A stretch of 53,544 nucleotides of DNA from an uncultured Sphingomonadaceae bacterium (GTDB lineage Bacteria; Pseudomonadota; Alphaproteobacteria; Sphingomonadales; Sphingomonadaceae). The notes under the pieces are model-generated. The model made no database searches and had not been told where the DNA came from. It saw only the letters and a program-made list of their open reading frames with translations. How positions within the stretch are numbered: position 1 is the first letter of the stretch; the number at the start of each line of letters is the position of its first letter. The DNA lies in contig CAXTTS010000001.1 in the NCBI GenBank assembly GCA_964247265.1, positions 1-53,544 of the forward strand, written 5' to 3'. Of the stretch, positions 18,041-27,227 are shown one piece after another. A program made the position numbers and the translations under genes.

Positions 18041-19480
18041 TCAGAACAGCCGCGTCGGCTCCTCGATCAGCACCTTCAACGCGGCGAGGAACCTGGCGCC
18101 GGTCGCGCCGTCGATCGCGCGATGGTCGCAGGACAGGCTGAGCGCGATGTGCGTTTCGAACCGGCCTTCGCCATCTGGGCCGGGCGCGAACACCTTGCGC
18201 GAGGCGCCGACCGCGAGGATCGCGCCCTGCGGCGGGTTGATGATCGCATCGAACTGGTCGAGCCCGAACATGCCGAGGTTCGAGACGGTGAAGGTGCCGC
18301 CGGAAATATCGTCCGCCGCCAGCTTGCCCGCCTGCGCCTTGGCGACCAGGCCCTTGATCGTGCTGGACAAAGCGTCCAGCCGCAGCCGCTCGGCGCCGCG
18401 CACGATGGGGGTGACGAGGCCCTTCTCGCTCGCCACCGCCACCGCCACGTCGGCCGAGGGGAAGCGGTGGATGGCGTCGCCCTGCACCTGGATGTTGACG
18501 TCCGGCACCTCGATCAACGCGAGTGCCACCGCGCGGACGATGAAGTCGTTCACCGAGGCCTTGACGCCGAGAATCATGTTGGCAGTGGGGCGCAGGGTGA
18601 GGAGGGCATCGACCGCGACTTCGGTGCGGAGGTAGAAATGGGGGATGGTCTGCTTGGCTTCGGTAAGGCGGCGCGCGATCGTCTTGCGGAGCGGCGACAT
18701 CGGCACGATTTCGGGCGTGTTGTCGACCGGTGCGGCGCTGGGCGCGACGGGTGCCGCCGCGACCGGCTGCGGCACCTTGGCGAGCACGTCCGCCTTGGAG
18801 ATGCGGCCGCGCGGACCGGTGCCGGCAATGCCCGACAGGTCGACATTGTGGTGCAATGCCAGTCGCTTGGCGAGCGGCGAGGCGTAGAAGCCGTCCAGCC
18901 CCTCGGTGCCGACCGCCGTCGCCACCACGTACCCTCCTACCGGATCGGCGGGGCCGCGCAGCGCGCGAGTGACGTCCTGGTGGGTGATACGACCTCCCCG
19001 GCCGGAACCGGCGATGGCGCTGACGTTGACGCCCTCCTCCTCGGCCAGCCGGCGCGCTTCCGGGCTGATCGCGAGACCCTCCGGGATCGCGACGGACACC
19101 GGCTTTTCGGTGCGATCGGTGGCGATCGGCGGCGTTTTCGCAGGCACTGGCGGCGGCGGGGCGCCGCGGCCGACCGCCGTGCTGGTGTCCGCCGCCTTGA
19201 AGCTGGCGGCAAAGGCGTCCACCGCCGCCCGATCGTCACCGGCATCGCCATAGACGCCGAGCAGCGCACCCACCGGCAGCGTCTCGCCAGCCTGCGCGAT
19301 CTGCTTGCGAATCATGCCCGGCGCTTCGGCCTCGACCTCGTTGGTGATCTTGTCGGTTTCGATCAGCGCGAGCAGCTGGCCCTTCACGAACGGTTCGTCT
19401 TCCTTGACGAGCCATTCGGCCAGCGTGCCCTGCTGCATCTCGATGCCCCATTTGGGCATGGTGAAGGGGCGGGGGGCCAT
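18041..19480 (-). CDS. acoC: 2-oxoacid/acetoin dehydrogenase E2 (dihydrolipoamide acyltransferase)
   Basis: Lipoyl domain MPKWG...IETDKITNE, two E3/E1-binding repeats, catalytic DHRAIDG. Confidence 0.88.
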   Translation of the reverse strand: MAPRPFTMPKWGIEMQQGTLAEWLVKEDEPFVKGQLLALIETDKITNEVEAEAPGMIRKQIAQAGETLPVGALLGVYGDAGDDRAAVDAFAASFKAADTSTAVGRGAPPPPVPAKTPPIATDRTEKPVSVAIPEGLAISPEARRLAEEEGVNVSAIAGSGRGGRITHQDVTRALRGPADPVGGYVVATAVGTEGLDGFYASPLAKRLALHHNVDLSGIAGTGPRGRISKADVLAKVPQPVAAAPVAPSAAPVDNTPEIVPMSPLRKTIARRLTEAKQTIPHFYLRTEVAVDALLTLRPTANMILGVKASVNDFIVRAVALALIEVPDVNIQVQGDAIHRFPSADVAVAVASEKGLVTPIVRGAERLRLDALSSTIKGLVAKAQAGKLAADDISGGTFTVSNLGMFGLDQFDAIINPPQGAILAVGASRKVFAPGPDGEGRFETHIALSLSCDHRAIDGATGARFLAALKVLIEEPTRLF

Positions 19481-20487
19481 CAGCGATACGCCAGCGTCTT
19501 GCGGACGGCATCGGCGATGACATCCGGCTGCGGGAGATAGGCGCGTTCCAGCTCGCGCGCGAACGGCACCGGCGAATGCGGCGGGGTGACGAGTTCGGGC
19601 GGCGCCTTCAGGCTGGCGAACGCCTTGTTGCACACCATCGCCGCGATATCGGTGGCGAGCGAGCAGCGCGGCGGGCTTTCATCGACCACGATCAGCCGGC
19701 CGGTCGCCTCGACCGAATCGAGGATCGCTTCCTCGTCGAGCGGGCTGGTGGTGCGCAGGTCGATCACGTCGCAGGCGATCCCCTCCTGCGCGAGCAGGTC
19801 CGCCGCCTGTTCGCAGAAGCTGACCATGAACCCGCAGGTGACGATGGTGGCATGTTCACCCGCGCGCACCAGCCGGGCATGGCCGAACGGCAGCAGGTAA
19901 TCGCCTTCCGGCACCTCGCCGCGCACGCCGTAGAGCGCCTTGTGTTCCATGTAGATCACCGGATCGTCGCCACGGATCGCGCTGGTGAGCAGGCCCTTGG
20001 CATCGGCCGGCGTGGTGGGCATCACAACCTTGATCCCGGGGATCGCGGTGAGCAGCGAATAGACCGACTGGCTGTGCTGCGGGCCGGCGTTGAGGCCGGC
20101 GCCATAAGCCATGCGGATCACCGCCGGGCAGCGCGTCTTGCCGCCGAACATGTAGCGGAACTTGGCGAGCTGGTTCCATATCTGATCGAGGCAGACGCCG
20201 ACGAAATCGGCAAACATGATCTCCGCCACCGGCCGCTTGCCGCTGAGCGCAAGGCCCGCCGCCGCGCCGACGATCGCGCTCTCGCTGATCGGAGTATCGA
20301 TCACGCGATCGCCAAACTTGCCCCACAGGCCGGTGGAGGTGCTCCAGATCCCGCCGATCGCCTCCGGCCCGCCGGCGGTGCCCATCCCGCCGATCACGTC
20401 CTCGCCCAGCACGACGACATTCTCGTCCCGCGCCATCTCCTCGTGAAGCGTCTGCACGATCGCCTCGCGCAACATCATCTGTGCCAT
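19480..20487 (-). CDS. acoB: Acetoin dehydrogenase-type E1 beta subunit
   Basis: LGEDV, DTPISESAIVG, DQIWNQLAKFRYMFGGK, QHSQ, EHK. Confidence 0.88.
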   Translation of the reverse strand: MAQMMLREAIVQTLHEEMARDENVVVLGEDVIGGMGTAGGPEAIGGIWSTSTGLWGKFGDRVIDTPISESAIVGAAAGLALSGKRPVAEIMFADFVGVCLDQIWNQLAKFRYMFGGKTRCPAVIRMAYGAGLNAGPQHSQSVYSLLTAIPGIKVVMPTTPADAKGLLTSAIRGDDPVIYMEHKALYGVRGEVPEGDYLLPFGHARLVRAGEHATIVTCGFMVSFCEQAADLLAQEGIACDVIDLRTTSPLDEEAILDSVEATGRLIVVDESPPRCSLATDIAAMVCNKAFASLKAPPELVTPPHSPVPFARELERAYLPQPDVIADAVRKTLAYR

Positions 20488-20503
20488 TGCTCGCGCGCTC
20501 CGA

Positions 20504-21475
20504 TCAGTAGGTGACGTAGACGTTCGTGATGACGTCGGCCGGGTCCGGCGCGTCGGCGGCGCGGGCTTCCTGCACCGCTTCCTCGATCAGCGCCGCCACC
20601 TCGCTGTCGATCCCGTCGAGATCGGCGGCCTCCAGCAGGCTGGCTTCGGTCACACGCTCGCGGAAGGTCTTGATCGCGTCGCGCTCCTCGCGGATGCGAT
20701 CGAGTTCGCCGGGGCCGCGATAACGCTGCGGATCGCCTTCGAAATGGCCGTAGAAACGTTCGCAATCGAACTCCACCGCGGCCGGGCCGTTGCCGGCACG
20801 GACGTAATCGAGCACCTCGCGCATCGTATCGTAGACCGAGAAGAAATCGATCCCGTCCGCCCGCCAGCCCTTGATGCCGAAGCCTTCGGCGCGGCCGGCG
20901 ATGTCGGTGGAAGTGGCGGTGGCGTAGGACGGGCCGGTATGTTCGGAATAATGGTTGTTCTCGAAGATGAAGATGCACGGCGCCTTCAGCACCGCCGCCA
21001 TGTTCATCGCCTCGAACGTGGTGCCCTGGTTGCACGCGCCGTCGCCGGAAAAGGCGATCGAGACGCCGCCCTTGCCATCCAGCTTGCAGGCGATCGCCGC
21101 GCCCACCGCGATCGGCGCACCGGCACCGACGATGCCGTTGGCGCCGAGCATCCCCTTGTCGATATCGGCGATGTGCATCGAGCCGCCCTTGCCCTGGCAG
21201 GTGCCGCCGGCCTTGCCGTAGATCTCCTGCATCATCCCCTTCACGTCGACGCCCTTGGCGAGGCAATGGCCGTGGCCGCGATGGGTGGAGATGATCTTGT
21301 CATTGTCGTCGAGATGGTCGCAGATGCCGACGGCGACCGCCTCCTGCCCGGCGTAGAGATGGGTGAAGCCGGCGATCTCGCCCGTCTGGATCTCGCTGTG
21401 CAGACGATCCTCGAAATCGCGGATGATGCGCATCTGGCGATAGGCGTGCAGCAACGCCTCGCGACTATGTTGCAT
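20504..21475 (-). CDS. acoA: Acetoin dehydrogenase-type TPP-dependent E1 alpha subunit
   Basis: GFTHLYAGQEA, STHRGHGH, GKGGSMH, TPP motif GDGA...ENN, RFYGHFEGD. Confidence 0.9.
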   Translation of the reverse strand: MQHSREALLHAYRQMRIIRDFEDRLHSEIQTGEIAGFTHLYAGQEAVAVGICDHLDDNDKIISTHRGHGHCLAKGVDVKGMMQEIYGKAGGTCQGKGGSMHIADIDKGMLGANGIVGAGAPIAVGAAIACKLDGKGGVSIAFSGDGACNQGTTFEAMNMAAVLKAPCIFIFENNHYSEHTGPSYATATSTDIAGRAEGFGIKGWRADGIDFFSVYDTMREVLDYVRAGNGPAAVEFDCERFYGHFEGDPQRYRGPGELDRIREERDAIKTFRERVTEASLLEAADLDGIDSEVAALIEEAVQEARAADAPDPADVITNVYVTY

Positions 21476-21494
21476 GACCTTGGTCGATCCTCTC

Positions 21495-22643
21495 TCAGCG
21501 GGACATTATCGTGACGGCGGAGACGCCGGGGGCGCCGTAGACATGGCTGTAGGCGGTCTTCGGATCGCCGGGCACCTGGCGGCGGCCGCCGGCACCGCGC
21601 AGCTGCACGACATTCTCGTAGACCTGGCGCAGACCGGAGGCGCCGATCGGCTCGCCGCAGGCGAGGCAGCCGCCATCGGTGTTGACCGGCAGCACGCCGT
21701 CGATGTTCGTGCGGCCTTCCGCGAGCCACCGCTCCTGCTCGCCATCAGCACAGAAGCCGTTTTCGCTCATGTGCATTATCTCGGCGCCGACCTCGGTATC
21801 CTGCAACTGGGCCACATCGATATCCTCGGGGCCGATGCCCGTCGCCTCGAACGCCGCCTGCGAGGCGATGGTGGTGGCCGAGCCGCCACGCTCGATCGAC
21901 AAAGACGGCGCGAACACCTCGAACGAACCCGCCGGGCGCGTGCGCATCACCGCCGTGCGCAGGCGGATCGGGGTGATGCCCAGTTCGCGCGCCTTCTTCT
22001 CGCTGGCCAGCACCAGCGACACGGCACCCTCGGCGGGCGAGCAGAACATGAACTTCGTCAGCGGATCGCTGACCATCTGCGCGTTCAGGATCGTATCGAT
22101 ATCCACCGGATCGCGGCGCCAGGCATGTTCGGCATATTGGCCGTTGCGGAACGCCTTTTCGGCGACCCGCCCGAGCGTCCGCTCGCTGATGCCGAACCGG
22201 TCCATGTAGCGGCGCAGCTTCATCGCGAAGAATTGGGTGGTGAGCATTAGGCCCGCCTCGCCATACCAGTCGGGCAGGCCCCAGTCGGCCGGGCGGGGAT
22301 CGAACGCGCCGCGCGGATGCTTGTCGAAGCCGACCGCGATCCCGAGATCATATTCGCCCGAGCGGATCGAGGCGGAGGCGGCGAACAGGGCCGATCCGCC
22401 GGTGGCGCAGCCATTCTTGACGTTGATGAACTGGATACCGGTGAGGCCGAGCCGTTCGATCATCGTATCGGCATTGCCCGACGCATCTGAGCCGCCATAA
22501 GCGAATTGCACGGCCGGCCATTCGATCCCGGCATCGGCCACCGCCGCGCGAACGGCGGCGACGCCCATGTCCATCCCCGTCATCCCGTCGGTGCGGCCGA
22601 ACGGGTGGATGCCGATGCCGACAATGCAGACATCCCCGCTCAT
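21495..22643 (-). CDS. SCP-x/Ltp-type thiolase family protein
   Basis: VGIGIHPFGR, NVKNGCATG, NTDGGCLACGEPIGASG, HVYGAPG. Start MSGDV at 22643 (ATGA overlap). Confidence 0.88.
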   Translation of the reverse strand: MSGDVCIVGIGIHPFGRTDGMTGMDMGVAAVRAAVADAGIEWPAVQFAYGGSDASGNADTMIERLGLTGIQFINVKNGCATGGSALFAASASIRSGEYDLGIAVGFDKHPRGAFDPRPADWGLPDWYGEAGLMLTTQFFAMKLRRYMDRFGISERTLGRVAEKAFRNGQYAEHAWRRDPVDIDTILNAQMVSDPLTKFMFCSPAEGAVSLVLASEKKARELGITPIRLRTAVMRTRPAGSFEVFAPSLSIERGGSATTIASQAAFEATGIGPEDIDVAQLQDTEVGAEIMHMSENGFCADGEQERWLAEGRTNIDGVLPVNTDGGCLACGEPIGASGLRQVYENVVQLRGAGGRRQVPGDPKTAYSHVYGAPGVSAVTIMSR

Positions 22644-23059
22644 CGCGCGGCCTCCGTACCGGCGGGGCGGAAGGCGAAGGTGGTGATCGTGTCGCCCGCC
22701 GCGGTCTCGGTGAAGGGCACGATCGCCAGCTCCATCGCCATGCCGCTGCGGATATCCTCGATCGCGACATCCACCAGCCGCGCCTCGACAATTACCTCGT
22801 CCGGCAGCTCGACATAGCCGACGGGATAGGGGCGGAACGCCTCCGGCCCGGCATAAGGCGGCGATTTGGGGCGGAAGCGCTGGACGGTCCACGACCAGAG
22901 CGTGCCTTCGGTCTTCAGCTCGACCGGCTCGTAGAAGGCGGCCTCGCCACCCTGCGGCATGGGGAAGGTGATGCGGCCGTCGCTCGGCCTGCGCCCGCCG
23001 ATCAGACGCGGTCGCGCGCCGGCGGTATAAAGTCCCTCTGCGATGGGCCGATCGGCCAT
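22640..23059 (-). CDS. DUF35/OB-fold protein (thiolase partner)
   Basis: GTLWSWTVQ...PYPVGYVELP...VEARL...GMAMEL...FAFRP. Confidence 0.85.
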   Translation of the reverse strand: MADRPIAEGLYTAGARPRLIGGRRPSDGRITFPMPQGGEAAFYEPVELKTEGTLWSWTVQRFRPKSPPYAGPEAFRPYPVGYVELPDEVIVEARLVDVAIEDIRSGMAMELAIVPFTETAAGDTITTFAFRPAGTEAAR

Positions 23060-23119
23060 GTCACCCTGCACCCTGTCCGGTTGTCACGGGCACTAAGCCG
23101 TAAAGGAGCCATCGGTGTT

Positions 23120-23139
23120 ACCCATCAAAACGCTAGGGT
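23120..23139. promoter_or_regulatory. Putative lux-box-like site upstream of the DUF35-thiolase-aco operon
   Basis: ACCCATCAAAACGCTAGGGT: 20 bp with ACCC/GGGT ends. Confidence 0.35.
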
Positions 23140-23149
23140 GGCGCTGCCG

Positions 23150-23935
23150 CTAGCTGTTCAAGCCGATATAGCCGAGCTGCGCCGCCTTGAAGACGGTCTG
23201 GCTGCGGTTCACCGCGTCCAGCTTCAGCGAGGCATTGTGGATGTGGAAGCGAACGGTGGCGCGGCTGCGCTCCATGATGAGGCTGATCTCGAAATCGGTC
23301 TTGCCGATCGCCGCCCAGCGCAGGCACTCCACCTCGCGCTTGCTGAGGCGCGATCCGGCGGGCAGGCGCTGCGCGCGGCACATGGTGCGGACATAGCCGG
23401 CGATGAAGGTGCGGGCGTAGACCCCCATGATGTCGGCGTGGCGGCCATAAGCCTCCGTCAGGTCGCGCAGCGCGGGATCGCGCGGGGTGAAGCTGACCGC
23501 GCCGACCTGGCCGAACGGCAGATGCACCGGCACGACGATCGCGGCATGGGCCAGCGCGCGGCTTTCGAAATTGGTGAGGTCGATCGCGTCGAGGAAAGCG
23601 TTGTGCTTGTGGGTGCGGATGCCGTCGGCATTGCACCAGAAGGGCTCGCTTTCGTAGCGGCAGGCGCTGGGCAGCGGCGAATCGAGCGCCAGCCGCGGGC
23701 TTTTCCACCAGCGGTCGCCCTCCGTCGTGGTCCAGCCGAACACCTCGGTCGCGAGGATCGCGCCGGCGGCATCGACCATCGGCTCCTTGACGGCAATGTT
23801 GTGGCAGGCGGCAACGCGGAAGTCGCCGAGTTCGCGGGTCAACCGCAGCAGGGCCTCGGCCGCGGGCCGCACCTCATCCGCCGTGCCGATCCGCAACGAA
23901 TCCATATTGGCCATGTCAGCCAGATTTTCGCTCAT
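23150..23935 (-). CDS. LuxR family transcriptional regulator (autoinducer-binding-like domain plus HTH), no adjacent luxI
   Basis: HTH LSKREVECLRWAAIGKT...TVRFHIHNASLKLDAVNR; N-terminal domain with WW, DSP, PFW, IVVPVH...GAVSF. Confidence 0.88.
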   Translation of the reverse strand: MSENLADMANMDSLRIGTADEVRPAAEALLRLTRELGDFRVAACHNIAVKEPMVDAAGAILATEVFGWTTTEGDRWWKSPRLALDSPLPSACRYESEPFWCNADGIRTHKHNAFLDAIDLTNFESRALAHAAIVVPVHLPFGQVGAVSFTPRDPALRDLTEAYGRHADIMGVYARTFIAGYVRTMCRAQRLPAGSRLSKREVECLRWAAIGKTDFEISLIMERSRATVRFHIHNASLKLDAVNRSQTVFKAAQLGYIGLNS

Positions 23936-24074
23936 CGTACCGGCGTTCCTCTCCCGGCGCCGGGTGATCCCGGCCGTGTCGGGTATGATTTGCTGCCGGA
24001 ACGGAATAGCCGAACGCGTCGGCCTCCGCAATCGCCGCGGCGCGTGCGGTCGATCTCAGACAGGGAACGCCCCG

Positions 24075-24833
24075 TCAGGCGACTGGCTGCTTCGTCCAGT
24101 CGATGCCACGCCGCAGCAAGGTATAGAACACCGGCAGATCCCAGGCGCAGCGATCGACGCTCGGCCAGTAATCGAGCAATGGCTGGAGATCATAATGGCC
24201 GCGACAATGGCCGAGCGTGAGGTACAGCACCGCCCCCGCTTCATGCCGCTTCACGTAGAAGACCGGGTGCGTGCCCGGCGCATCGGCCGCCTCGACGAAA
24301 CCGGTGCCGGGACCGGTGCATTCGGTTTCGAGCAGGACGTGCAGATCGCCGTGTCGTTCGAGATGATACAGCTCGTCGGTGGTGTCGAACGGCTCCACCC
24401 CCTCCACCAGCGGATGCGACGGATCGGCGACGGTGACGCGATAGGGCTCGATCGGCGGGTGGCTGATGAACTGGTTGCCCAGCAGGTCGACGAACAAAGG
24501 CGCCCAGCGCGGCGTATCCCACAGGCCATCGGCCAGCAGGCGCAGGATCGAGCTGGTGCCGTGCAGCGCATACCAGCGGCCGCCCTTTTCCAGCCACGCC
24601 TTCAACGCCTCCTGCGCGGGCAGCGAGGGCACCACGTCGCAGGTATAGGTGACGAGGAAATCGCAAGCCTCGATCGCGGCGATATTCTCGAAATCCTCGA
24701 ACACGCGGACGCGGACGCGCTCGTCCTCGGCCAGCAGCTTCAGCAGTTCGAGACGGGCGAAGTCGATATCGTGATACTTGCCGCCCGCGACGAGAACGCA
24801 ATCGATCCGCGCCGGATGCGCCGCCTCGCTCAT
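24075..24833 (-). CDS. ThuA domain-containing protein
   Basis: GGKYHD, DFLVTYT, GGRWYALHG, HPLVEGVEPF..TDELY, VLYLTLGH...LLRRGIDW; TGATG-coupled to the upstream Rieske gene. Confidence 0.82.
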   Translation of the reverse strand: MSEAAHPARIDCVLVAGGKYHDIDFARLELLKLLAEDERVRVRVFEDFENIAAIEACDFLVTYTCDVVPSLPAQEALKAWLEKGGRWYALHGTSSILRLLADGLWDTPRWAPLFVDLLGNQFISHPPIEPYRVTVADPSHPLVEGVEPFDTTDELYHLERHGDLHVLLETECTGPGTGFVEAADAPGTHPVFYVKRHEAGAVLYLTLGHCRGHYDLQPLLDYWPSVDRCAWDLPVFYTLLRRGIDWTKQPVA

Positions 24834-26242
24834 CAGGCAGCCATAGCGAGATATTTGGCCAGCGTCTGCTGGAACTGGCGGATGCGGATCTCCTGATAGT
24901 CGCCCAGCTGGACCAGGCCGTTCTTCGACGCGTGCAGCCCTTCCTGCACATAGGGCAGATTGTCCATGTCCTGATCGAACACATGGCCGAGCACGCCGAG
25001 TTCCGGCGCGTCGGACCAGGTCTGCTCCTCGGTGAGCAGCTTCATCTCCGGCCCACGGGGGATCGGCACGCCCGGCGCCTGGCGGACGAGGACGCGGACC
25101 TCCATCAGGCAGGTGTCGGGCGTCTTGCCCGGGCGCCAGCGGTAGACGATGTTCGGCATGAAGCCGCCCCACGGCGCGAAATTGGGGAACACGTTGTAGA
25201 CGAACGCATCGAGCACCTCGGAGTCGGTCACGTCGCTGTGGTCGCGGCCGAATGTGGCGGTAAAATTCTGCCGCATGCTTTCGCCCAGCGCCTTGCGGGC
25301 ACTGATACCCTCCGGCACGCTGACCGAGAAGGGATCGGACATGTTCTCGTAATTGTCGGTCGAGCGGCCATTATATTTGAGGAACTCGTCGACGATCCAC
25401 TGCTGCTTCTTGTCGGTGGGATCGACATGCGGGGACATGATGCCGAACGGGGTGAGCGCCCAGTTCACATTGTCGCCGGCGATATTGTAGCTGGTGTTCG
25501 CGTCGCCGGTGAACGGCAGCAGCTGCGGGTGGGTGACGATCGTGTGCCAGGCCTCCATGAAGGCCTCCATCGTGACCTTCCAGTTCGCCGGCACCACCTT
25601 GCCGACCCAGACGGCGGTGACGCATTCCTCATGCTTCCAGCGGGTGAAATGCTCGGGGACCGGCGCGAGATATTCCTCCAGCGTCGGGCCGCCCTTATTT
25701 TCGCGGAGGAAGATGTAGCCGCCCCAGCGGCCGACCTCGGCCTCCGGAAGCGACATGTCCTGGCGCTTCAGATGCTGGAAATCCCAGTCGCACGGAATCT
25801 GTTTCAGGCTGCCGTCGTTGTTCCAGGTGAAGCCGTGGAACGGGCATTGCAATTCCGACGTCCAGCCATCCTTCAGCTGTAGCTTGCGGCCGCGATGCAG
25901 GCAGACATTGTGGAAGGCGCGCACCCCGCCATCGGGCTGGCGGATGATGAGCCAGGAACGGCCGGCATTGTCATAGACGACGTGATCGCCATCCTCCGGC
26001 AGATCCTCCTCGCGCGCGGCGAACTGCCAGACGTTGGGCCACATCTTCGTCCGTTCGGCCTCGGCGAAATCGGGGCTGGTATAGACGGTGGCCGGGATCG
26101 GCTCCGACCCGCGATATTCGTAGCGTTCGTCGCGCAGGATTTCCGGCACCGGCCTCGAGTCATTGTCGAGCAGGTCCGTCCAGGACATGCCGGGGCAACG
26201 CGCGGCACCCGCCGCATCGATCGCCGGATCCCGCTCCGCCAT
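24833..26242 (-). CDS. Rieske non-heme iron oxygenase alpha subunit
   Basis: Rieske motif NVCLHRG...CPFHG; mononuclear Fe site NWK...EAWHTIVTH ... DQD. Confidence 0.92.
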   Translation of the reverse strand: MAERDPAIDAAGAARCPGMSWTDLLDNDSRPVPEILRDERYEYRGSEPIPATVYTSPDFAEAERTKMWPNVWQFAAREEDLPEDGDHVVYDNAGRSWLIIRQPDGGVRAFHNVCLHRGRKLQLKDGWTSELQCPFHGFTWNNDGSLKQIPCDWDFQHLKRQDMSLPEAEVGRWGGYIFLRENKGGPTLEEYLAPVPEHFTRWKHEECVTAVWVGKVVPANWKVTMEAFMEAWHTIVTHPQLLPFTGDANTSYNIAGDNVNWALTPFGIMSPHVDPTDKKQQWIVDEFLKYNGRSTDNYENMSDPFSVSVPEGISARKALGESMRQNFTATFGRDHSDVTDSEVLDAFVYNVFPNFAPWGGFMPNIVYRWRPGKTPDTCLMEVRVLVRQAPGVPIPRGPEMKLLTEEQTWSDAPELGVLGHVFDQDMDNLPYVQEGLHASKNGLVQLGDYQEIRIRQFQQTLAKYLAMAA

Positions 26243-26365
26243 TACACGCTCCTATACCATCATTTTCGAGTTGGGACGAAGATAGGCAGCCGTCGCCCAC
26301 GTTCAAACTCGCGCTTTTGCCAGTCGGTAGGCGTCGCGCCGATGACGTGCCCCGCCGCCTTGCCT

Positions 26366-26385
26366 ACCTTGCCGAAAGCACAGGT
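26366..26385. promoter_or_regulatory. Lux-box-like operator between divergent Rieske and SDR operons
   Basis: ACCTTGCCGAAAGCACAGGT = ACCT-N12-AGGT, abutting a -35-like TTTACA. Confidence 0.55.
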
Positions 26386-26447
26386 TTACAGCGTGGCGGC
26401 GCCCGTATCCAAGGGCTGCGGTTTTCCGAACATGCTGAGGATTGAGG

Positions 26448-27227
26448 ATGGGGCGACTGGACGGCAAGGTGGCGCTGGTGACCGGCGGCACATCCGGCAT
26501 CGGCGACGCGGCGGTGCGGCGGCTGGTGGCCGAGGGCGCCAAGGTGGTGTTCACCGGATCGAACGCGGCCAAGGCGCAGGGCGTGGTGGACGCGACCGGC
26601 GCCACCTTCCACCCGCACAAGGTGGAGGATGCCGCCGCCTGGCCGGGGCTGATCGACATGATCCGGTCCACTTTCGGCCGGCTGGACTTCGCCTTCGCCA
26701 ATGCCGGGATCGAGGGCGGCGATTCGAGCATCGAGGGCATCACGCTGGATGCCTGGAACGAGATCGTGCAGATCAACCTGACCGGCCCGATGCTGACCGC
26801 GCAGCACGCGATCACGCTGATGAAGGACAATCCGGGCGGTTCCGGCGGGGCGATCCTGCTGAACTCCTCGATGAACGCGATTCTGGCGCTGGGCCAGAAC
26901 GTCGCTTATTCCACCACCAAGGGCGCGTTGCGCATCCTGGCCAAATCGATCGCGGTGCATTGCGCCGGCGCGGGGCTGAACATCCGCTGCAACGCGATCC
27001 TGCCCGGCGTGGTGGAGACGCAGCTGATCCGCGAGGCGATCGCCAGCGCCCCCGATCCCGCCGCCGCGCGCGCCATCTTCGAGGGGCTGTCCCCGCTGAA
27101 GCGCATGGGCAAGGTGGAGGAGATCGCCGCTTTGGTGGCGTTCCTCGCCTCCGATGACGCGGCGTTCATCAGCGGCGCGGAATATTCGATCGACGGTGCA
27201 TCCACATCGGGCTTGGGGGGCGTATGA
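26448..27227 (+). CDS. SDR family oxidoreductase
   Basis: TGGTSGIG, NAG, YSTTK. Confidence 0.92.
   Translation: MGRLDGKVALVTGGTSGIGDAAVRRLVAEGAKVVFTGSNAAKAQGVVDATGATFHPHKVEDAAAWPGLIDMIRSTFGRLDFAFANAGIEGGDSSIEGITLDAWNEIVQINLTGPMLTAQHAITLMKDNPGGSGGAILLNSSMNAILALGQNVAYSTTKGALRILAKSIAVHCAGAGLNIRCNAILPGVVETQLIREAIASAPDPAAARAIFEGLSPLKRMGKVEEIAALVAFLASDDAAFISGAEYSIDGASTSGLGGV

Noticed and set aside
14822-21514. Long + strand ORFs opposite the ACAD and acoABC genes (508, 503, 312 and 256 aa)
   Set aside because: Antisense mirrors produced by codon bias in the real minus-strand genes.
23150-23935. Canonical LuxI/LuxR quorum-sensing locus
   Set aside because: No AHL synthase in the window and the AHL-contact residues appear degenerate.
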